Shown here in pieces: positions 56,169 through 64,000 of a stretch of DNA of 64,000 nucleotides. The notes under the pieces are model-generated. The model had not been told where the DNA came from. It did not search any database and saw only the letters and a list, made by a program, of their open reading frames with translations. This DNA is from Octopus vulgaris (lineage: Eukaryota), in contig OX597827.1 of the NCBI GenBank assembly GCA_951406725.2, positions 61,442,001-61,506,000 of the forward strand, in the 5' to 3' direction. Within the stretch, counting starts at the first letter, position 1. Each line of letters starts with the position of its first letter. A program made the position numbers and the translations under genes.

Positions 56169-56585
56169 TAATTGTGATAAAATATTAAAAATAAATTTTG
56201 TTTGTTTTATTTTTACCAACCATAGATGGAGAACACATTTTTTCTGGAAAGTTTATAATGGGACCTGGGGGTGGTGGGAAATAGTACACTGGTCTAATCG
56301 ATAATATCGATCTCGCTGCTCAACTGCTATTTAGTTAATCGAACACAAAGAATGAAAGACAAAGCTGACCTTTACAGAATTTGAACTCAGAGGGCCAGAT
56401 TAAGACACATAGAGGCCCTTAGACACTTAAAAGGTTTTGGTGCCCTCGAGTATATGTAAATGATTTAAAATGTAAGCAAAAATATTTCAAAATGTAAACG
56501 ATAATAAACCTTAAAATCAATTTTTATTTTTCAAAATGGAATAAAACTAACATTAAGACGGAAAATAATGTTTAATTTTTGTATA

Positions 56586-56790
56586 CTCTTTTTTACTTGT
56601 TTCAGTCATTTGACTGCGGCCATGCTGGAGCACCGCCTTTAATCGAGCAACTCGACCCCGGGACTTATTCTTTTGTAAGCCCAGTACTTATTCTATCGGT
56701 CTCTTTTGCCGAACCGCTAAGTGACGGGGACATAAACACACCAGCATCGGTTGTCAAGCAACGCTAGGGGGACAAACACAAATACACACA

Positions 56791-56835
<45 letters not shown>

Positions 56836-56898
56836 TTTAAATTTTTGTTGTGCAAGATTTTTATTGACTAAACTGGCAATATGACCATTCCGAAATAT

Positions 56899-56959
<61 letters not shown>

Positions 56960-57125
56960 CGACGGGCTTCTTTCAGTTTCCGTCTACCAAATCCACTCAG
57001 AAGGCTTTGGTCGGCCCGAGGCTATAAAAGAAGACACTTGCCCAAGGTGCCACGCAGTGGGACTGAACCCAGAACCATGTGGTTGGTAAACAAGCTACTT
57101 ACCACACAGCCACTCCTGCGCCTAT
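56586..57125 (-). mobile_element. SINE family 1, full length, with a 70-bp island in its (TA)n
   Basis: Reverse complement of the 50084-50485 type. Confidence 0.9.
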
Positions 57126-57211
57126 ATGTTTCGATTTTATTTATATTTGAAAAGCTTTCTCCTTTTTTTTTTTAATTGCAAAGTGTTCAATGATATCTTT
57201 AGAATCAATTT

Positions 57212-57906
57212 TGGAAAGACTCCTCCCGTCCCCCACCCACCCATTTTCTCGCAAATTATTATTATTATTATTATTTTGTTTGTTTTTTTTTTGCCAAAAA
57301 CCCATGTTTTCGGATATGGAGATTCCGGAAAATTGCAAAAAATCGGAATTTTGAAATTTTTTCCCCCTCCTTTATTCCCCCACCCCAATTTCTTCATTAT
57401 TCACCCTAACCCTAACCCTAAAACCCTAACTCTAAACCCTAACCCTAAAACCCTAGCCCTAACCCTATGTAGAAAAATTTTTGGAAATTTTTTTGAGAAT
57501 CATGTTCTCCATATTTTCCCACATATTTTCCCCCTCCTTATTCCCCCACCCCAATTTCTTCATTATTCACCCTAACCCTAACCCTAAAACCCTAACTCTA
57601 AACCCTAACCCTAAAACCTAAAAAATTTGGGAAAAAGAATTTTACAAAAATTTTTGGAATTTTTTTTTTTTTTTTCCCACAATCATAATCTCCGTATTTT
57701 TCTGCATATTTTGAAAAAAAATTTCTGAAAAAAGTTTAAAATGAAGAATTTAGGGCGGGGTGGTTAATTTCAAAATGCCGATTTTTGCCAGTTTTTTTGC
57801 AGATTCATATTCTCCGTAGCCGAAAACGGGGATTTTGTGTAGAAAAACAAGATTTTTTTAAAAAAGGGGGTGATTTTTGGGGTGGTACAAATGGAAGTCT
57901 TGCCAT
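57212..57906. mobile_element. MITE-like element carrying telomere-like (CCCTAA)n repeats
   Basis: Ends GGAAAGACTCC / GGAAGTCTTGCC; internal CCCTAA runs at 57404-57466 and 57570-57620; homologous to 62498-63070. Confidence 0.7.
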
Positions 57907-58576
57907 TTTACATAAAACTACAGCTTCTATACTATAAGACATTACGAATATTATTTCAGCAAGATTAAAGTGATTTCTTTCGTGCCGTAAACCATTTTCA
58001 TTTCTGTGGTGCCCCCCCTCCCCATGATGCCCTAAGCACGTGCTTATTTTGCTAAATGGGTTAATCCAGCACTGGGCTGAAGGCACTACTGTGCCTATAA
58101 AGTTCTTGTAAATTCAGCATGACACAGAATGTGACAAGGTTGGCCTTTTGGAATACAGGTACTACTCGCTTTTGGCAGCTGAGTGGACTGGGGCAACATG
58201 AAATAAAGGGTCTCACTGAAGGACAAAATGCGTCGCTGGGACTCGAACTCATGACCTTACAATCTTGAACTGAATACCATGAGCACTAAACCACTTATAC
58301 TTATTTTATTGACACTGAAAGAATGAAAGGTAAAGTCAACATGGACAGAATTTGAACTCAGAACATAAAGAACCAGAAGAACTGTCTTTAAGCATTTTGT
58401 TCAGCGTACTAATGATTTTGCCAAGTCACTGCCTTATGGTTTAAAATTTAGGCACAAGGTCAGCAGTTTCAGGTGAGGGGGAACATTCCTGTTATCAATA
58501 GCCATTTTTACTTTATCTACTAATAGATTTGGAAATAATGTATTATATCTGTGAGACACAGCTGTCATTCCAGATT

Positions 58577-58639
58577 GGTTTCGTGGTGTAGTGGTTATCA
58601 CGTCTGCTTCACACGCGAGTTCGAACCTCGCTGAAACCT
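58577..58639 (+). pseudogene. tRNA-Val(CAC) pseudogene with internal deletion
   Basis: GGTTTCGTGGTGTAGTGGTTATCACGTCTGCTTCACACGC...GTTCGAACC...TGAAACC. Val-type D arm/A box, CAC anticodon loop, B box, acceptor ends and a downstream T-rich terminator are present. About 10-12 nt (3' anticodon stem, variable loop, 5' T stem) are missing. Confidence 0.8.
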
Positions 58640-58960
58640 AATACTTTTATTTTTATAGATACAGACATGTCTATGGTTAAGAATCCGGATCTTTACTTTT
58701 TGCCCAATAGATTTAGAAAATAATTTTTTGTAACTTAACACTTTCAAACTTCGTGTACTGGTAGAATGTGTCATATAAAATATCTTTTACTCTTAGCGTT
58801 TATATTTACGGAAGGAAAGGCAAGCCTTCTTCTATCACACTCTCAATTTTGGTCCACTTGTGCCGCAGGGTCTTGGAAGAGATAGTGTTAGTTGAAAGCT
58901 ACCAAACCTGCCACACACACACACAGACAACTTTATATATATACTAGCTTTATATATATA

Positions 58961-59866
58961 CTAGCAGTATCGCCCGGCGTTGCTCGGGTTTGTAAGGGAA
59001 ATAACTATATAAGCATTTTTAGGGAGTTATAGCCGAAAAATAGCAAAAAAATGCATTAAAAATGGAAAAAAAATTAAGGGGATTTTTTTTTTTAAATCGT
59101 TGACTCATAGTAGACATTTTTAGAGAGTTACTTCCCTTATATAATAGCGAAAATAATGCATTAAAATGGAAAAAAATGATGTTAAATTATTTTTAAAATC
59201 GTAGACTCATCGTAGACGCGCGCTAATACCCAGAAGGGCTCGATATGAATCACGACTATAAGATACCCGGTTTTGGTTAAACTGCACCGCAAAATGTGGG
59301 AGTAGTTAGGAATCTAAATCGTAGGAGACAGACACACAACTTCACTTTTATATATAAAGACTTGCAGTATCGCCCGGCGTTGCTCGGGTTTGTAAGGGAA
59401 ATAACTATATAAGCATTTTTAGAGAGTTACTTCCCTTATAAATTCGGGCTTTCTTAGCCATTTTTGTTTTGGTGTCTTCAAGCCATGAAGTCGTTGTTCT
59501 AAAAGAACGCTGGTTTCCTTCACAACGCATTACGACGTTGATTTCTTTACACTCCCTTCCCCACAGCTTCACGAGGGAGGGAAGGGGGAGAAGCAAACAG
59601 GTGCAGCTGTGAGCGTGGACGCCAACTCCGCCGCCATCGACATACGATGCATTTTATGCATTAAAATGGAATAAAAAATGATGTTAAATTATTTTTAAAA
59701 TCGTAGACTCATCGTTGACGCGCGCTAATAGTCAGACGGGCTCGATATGAATCACGACTATAAGATACCCGAATTTGGTTAAACTGCACCGCAAAATGTG
59801 GGAGGAGTTAGGAATCTAAATCGAAGGGGACAGACACTCACACAACTAGAGTTTTATATATATAGA
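58961..59866 (-). mobile_element. Two head-to-tail non-autonomous Helitrons
   Basis: Units 58961-59360 and 59361-59866 share the CT(A/T)GCAGTATCGCCCGGCGTTGCTCGGG end and the ...TATATATA(A)AGA (5' TC) end. A third 5' fragment lies at about 58810-58945. Confidence 0.85.
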
Positions 59867-60691
59867 TATGTAGATTTATATTGTGTACACGCGAAAACCC
59901 ATTGTATCGTGCTGTTTTTGTCTTTTATGTTGTTATATGTCTATTAATGTTATTTTATGTGAGCCCTTGTGGCCAATAAAAGAATAACTTATTATGATTA
60001 GGATTCTGTAAAAGTTACAGAGTGACTCAAGGGCCCAGAGTTTCGTACATTGTACTTATAACCTATCATACCAATGCATGAAACTCTCCTTCCTTGAGTA
60101 ACTTCTGCTGATTATTGATAATAAAAAATATATATACTCATGTTATGAGTTCTATATATATAAGGATAAACTGTGTGAAGCCCGGTGTATATATTTTTGC
60201 CAACCAAATTCTCTCAAAAGGTCATTGATTAGTCTGGGACTGTAGTAGAAAACTAATGTACTATGCAATGGGACTGCACCCAACACCATGTAATTGTGAA
60301 GTGAGCTCCTGACCCACACATCCATGCCTGCTTTTATATATATTGTTTATTTTTCGTCGGCAGCAGAAGTTATAATGATATTATAAGTGTGCTCCCCCAC
60401 CCCCAATATCTTAAAACAATGAAATAAAAAATAAACCCCATTAAATATGTTCTCTTTTTTTTTTTTACTTGTTTCAGTCATTTGACTGCGGTCATGCTGG
60501 AGCACCGCCTTTAATCGAGCAACTCGACCCCGGGACTTATTCTTTGTAAGCCCAGTACTTATTCTATCGGTCTCTTTGCCGAACCGCTAAGTGACGGGGA
60601 CATAAACACACCAGCATCGGTTGTCAAGCAACGCTAGGGGGACAAACACAGACACACAAACATACACGCACATATATATATATATATATAT

Positions 60692-62230
60692 TGTAAAAAA
60701 TGAAGTTCGAAAATGCTGCTATATTATACAATTTTTAATTTTTATATATACATTATAACATGTTTCAGTTCCTGAAATGAACCTTATCAAAAAAAGTTAT
60801 ATATAAAAAAAGACAGCTCATGCCGTCAAACACAAGAAATTCATTTATAATACACAACGGAGTCAGACATCTTAAAGTTCAAATATAGTTTGAAGTAAGT
60901 TCATTCATACTATATGTTCAAAGTGTTCGATGCAGTGGCCCACAGTGGCGATACGTATCAATACAAAAAACAGATCAAAGTGGTGGAAAGTAGTCAATAC
61001 AGAAGATTGATGTTCCCGAAATAGCGAGGAATTCATTTTTACCTTGAGCAATTGTGATGACCCATGGTGGGTGTTCGCTGGGTGATTCTAGTGAGTCTTG
61101 TGAGTTGTTCGGGTTTTATAATGCCTGTTAGGTGGTCAGTCCAGCGTAGCGTGACGTCATCAACGTTTTGACCAATCGTTTCGTTAGGTGGCTTTAGTCG
61201 AGCAGAACGGTACGTCATCAACATTCTGACCAATCGTGACCTATCGCTGTATTATGACTGCCTCTTGTCTGTTTCCTGTTTTGACCAGTCGTTTCGTTAG
61301 GTGGCTTAGTCAAGCAGGACGGTACGTCATCATGATTCTGACCAATCACGACTTATAGCTGTATTAGATCTGCCCCTTTTCGTTAGGTGGCTTAGTCAAG
61401 CAGAACGGGACGTCATCAGCATTCTGACCAATCGTGACCTATCGCTGTATTATAACTGCCTCTTGTCTGTTTCCTGTTTTGACCAGTCGTTTCGTTAGGT
61501 GGCTTAGTCAAGCAGAACGGAACGTCATCAAGATTCTGCCCAATCACGACTTATAGCTGCATTAGATCTGCCCCCTGTCTGTATTTTGTTAGGTGACTAG
61601 TCAAGCAGAAAGGTACGTCATCAATATTTTGACTAATCTCTGCACCCTGTTTGTATCCTGTCCATTCTAGCAGAACTAGACGTCATCAGCGTGTTGACCA
61701 ATCAGAATCGGGTCTGACCCTTAGCTGTATCGTATGTGGTCAGTCCATCAGGGTCAGATTTGCACGAAAGAATTTTTTTCCTTTTTTACTAAGGCATATT
61801 TCCGTCAGTGCGAGTGACTGTTTAAGGTAGCGGCCGTGGTGGAATTTTGCTTCTCCTTTTCGGAGGACTTATCTTTTGTTTTAATATTCCTGGCCCAGGG
61901 TGTTTAAACTTGGTCTAAATTTTTTTATGAAATACAGTTCTTTATTTTGGCGTTGTGTGAAGGTTGCGTTGTCACTGAATTTATAGAGCGGGTTAGTTGT
62001 AAATTTCGGATTTACATTTCCAGCACATCTATCTATGTGTCCGCTGACCGGTATTTTGCGGTAATCAGGGTTTCTAATTTGTGATTTATGCACCGCCATC
62101 CTGTTATGTAAGCTATTTTTTGTATGGCCTATATACTGCCTATTGCAGCCTGCGCATGTTATGACGTAAATTAAGTTTTCTGATGCGCAGGTGAAGTTTG
62201 TTCTAATGGTGAACTGGTGGCCTTGTTCCA

Positions 62231-62232
<2 letters not shown>
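60692..62232 (-). mobile_element. 5'-truncated Penelope-like element (GIY-YIG endonuclease + 3' region) inserted in the (TA)n of a SINE1 copy (60466-60691, 62233-62446)
   Basis: Minus frame 62232-61881 reads FTCASENLIYVITCAGCNRQYIGHTKNSLHNRMAVH...KELYFIKKFRPSLN*. Degenerate hammerhead near 60755-60795. Confidence 0.88.
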
Positions 62233-62289
<57 letters not shown>

Positions 62290-62497
62290 TACGACAGGCT
62301 TCTTTCAGCTTCCGTCTACCAAATCCACTCACAAGGCGTTGGTCAGCCCGAGGCTATAGTAGAAGACACTTGCCCAAGGTGCCACGCAGTGGGAATGAAC
62401 CCGGAACCATGTGGTTGGTAAACAAGCTACTTGCCACACAGCCACTGTTGGTTAATATTTACTTTAACACCCGTCCACAGTAATCATTAACCTATAT

Positions 62498-63070
62498 GGA
62501 AAAGACTTCCGCCCCTCGACCTCCATTTTCTCCCAAATTTGTTTATTTAAAAATTTTTTTTTTTTTTTGCCAAAAATCCCCGTTTTCGGATACGGATGTT
62601 CCGGAAAATTGCCAAAAATCGGCATTGTGGAAAATTCCGCCCCCTTTCCTCCCCAACTTCTTCAATTTTGACTTTTTTTCACCAATACTAACCCTAACAC
62701 TAAAATCCTAACCCTAACCCTAACTGTAAAACCCTAACCCTAACCCTAAAACTGTAACCGTAAATACAGAAACGTTTTGAAGAAAAAATTCTTTAAAAAA
62801 AAATTTTACAACGATTTTTGGAAAATTCTTTCAGAATCATAATCTCCGTATTTTTCCACATATTTTGAGAAAACAAAAATTGTGAAAAAAGTTTAAAATG
62901 AAGGAATGGGGGTGGGGTGGTAATGTAGAAATGTCAATTTTTGCCATTTAAAATTTTTTTTTTATTTTTGCAGATTCGTATTCCCCGTAGCCGAAGGGAG
63001 GCGGTTGCGTCGAAAAAAAAGTTTTAAAAAAGGGTGGTTTTTGGTGGGGAACGGGCGGAAGTCTTGCCCC
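62498..63070. mobile_element. MITE-like element with (CCCTAA)n
   Basis: TIR GGAAAAGACTTCCGCCC / GGGCGGAAGTCTTGCC; CCCTAA repeats at 62685-62750. Confidence 0.75.
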
Positions 63071-64000
63071 AATGGAAACCCAATATGTCTTTTACGGGAA
63101 GTTCTCCTTTGATTTTTTTTTACTTTTTTCCCCTTGAATTCAATGTTTATATACACTCTTTAAACTCTTACACAACTACCCCAATCTGGCAACCCTTCGA
63201 AGTATACGAACCAATAAGGGAGACTATCCCGTACCTCGATCTGTTAGAATTAGTAGTCGAACCTCTTCCAATTCACTTTCTTCCATTAAGAAGAACATGT
63301 TTGGATAACATAATCTGGGTAAAACTCTCCTTATTAAGACTGGATGCTCATGGTTAGATTGTCTTGTAAATATGTCTGTTCGACTAGAGCAGGTCTGATC
63401 TGGTTTGGCTGAACAACATCAGCATCAACTACGCATCGTCACCTGGCCTGCTAGAAATAGCAGCCAAATGTCGCTTAATTACAGCCTAGTGCCCTAAAAA
63501 ATAATGGACACATCAGATAGTGTAGTTGGTGGAATATTTTGCCTTGGGGAAAAAAAACATGATGGTCACGGCTGGAACGACGATCAGGCGAGGCTGACTT
63601 GCGTACTAAACAATAACAATAACAATAATTTAATTTAACCAAACACATTTATTATTACCCGTCTGAAATATAGAAGGGTCATTAAAAAAAAAACACAGAG
63701 GACTGTCGCGCACTACCTATATTCTTCTCCCTAGCACTCTTCTCCTAAATTCATCTTACCGTGTTTCGCTCACCTACTGCTAACCTGTTGTTACTTATAT
63801 TCAAACAGTGATTGCATTGTTACTCAATTTGGTCTTTCTGAATTAAAAATATGAGTAACGGGCAAGAATTTCACCTTTTTAGATTAAGGAAATAATATTA
63901 AGAAGGACAAAAGGAAGAAGCAATCAACATTAAAACTAATGTAGCACCGTTTCAAACCGAGGCTTTTTTTTTTATCTTCAGAGTGACTCGCAGACTTGAA

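Noticed and set aside
57404-57620. True telomere or chromosome-fusion site
   Set aside because: Short, degenerate repeats embedded in a TIR element that recurs at 62498.
61152-61705. CRISPR-like repeat-spacer appearance
   Set aside because: Inter-repeat segments are homologous to one another and lie within a PLE; no cas genes.

Overview
AT-rich, microsatellite-saturated eukaryotic DNA. The SINE families and repeat density look like a coleoid cephalopod, most likely Octopus; this is recognition from memory, not a database hit. Nearly all ORF-track entries are translations of simple repeats. One clear host gene is present: an inter-alpha-trypsin inhibitor heavy chain (ITIH)-like protein (signal peptide, VIT, vWA with intact MIDAS) whose whole CDS lies in one minus-strand exon (40927-42960). 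It lacks the DPHF/ITI_HC_C C-terminal part and has a splice acceptor just upstream of the ATG. The rest is nested mobile DNA: four tRNA-derived SINE families, CR1/L2-group, RTE, R4/Dong and Tx1/L1 fragments, Penelope-like elements (PLEs), mariner and DD37D (maT) remnants, tandem Helitrons, piggyBac/hAT-type MITEs and a tRNA-Val pseudogene. Signals most worth checking: (i) a dense set of type I hammerhead ribozyme motifs from several unrelated PLE-type families, two of which look structurally intact (20207-20271; 54693-54808 with an inverted copy at 53896-54011); (ii) a 7-copy ACGTCATCA-N9-CCAAT array in a PLE; (iii) a 323-bp LINE-derived minisatellite with recombinant units; (iv) SINE/LINE shared 3' tails; (v) many foldback structures. 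All structures were read by eye; no folding or alignment software was run.
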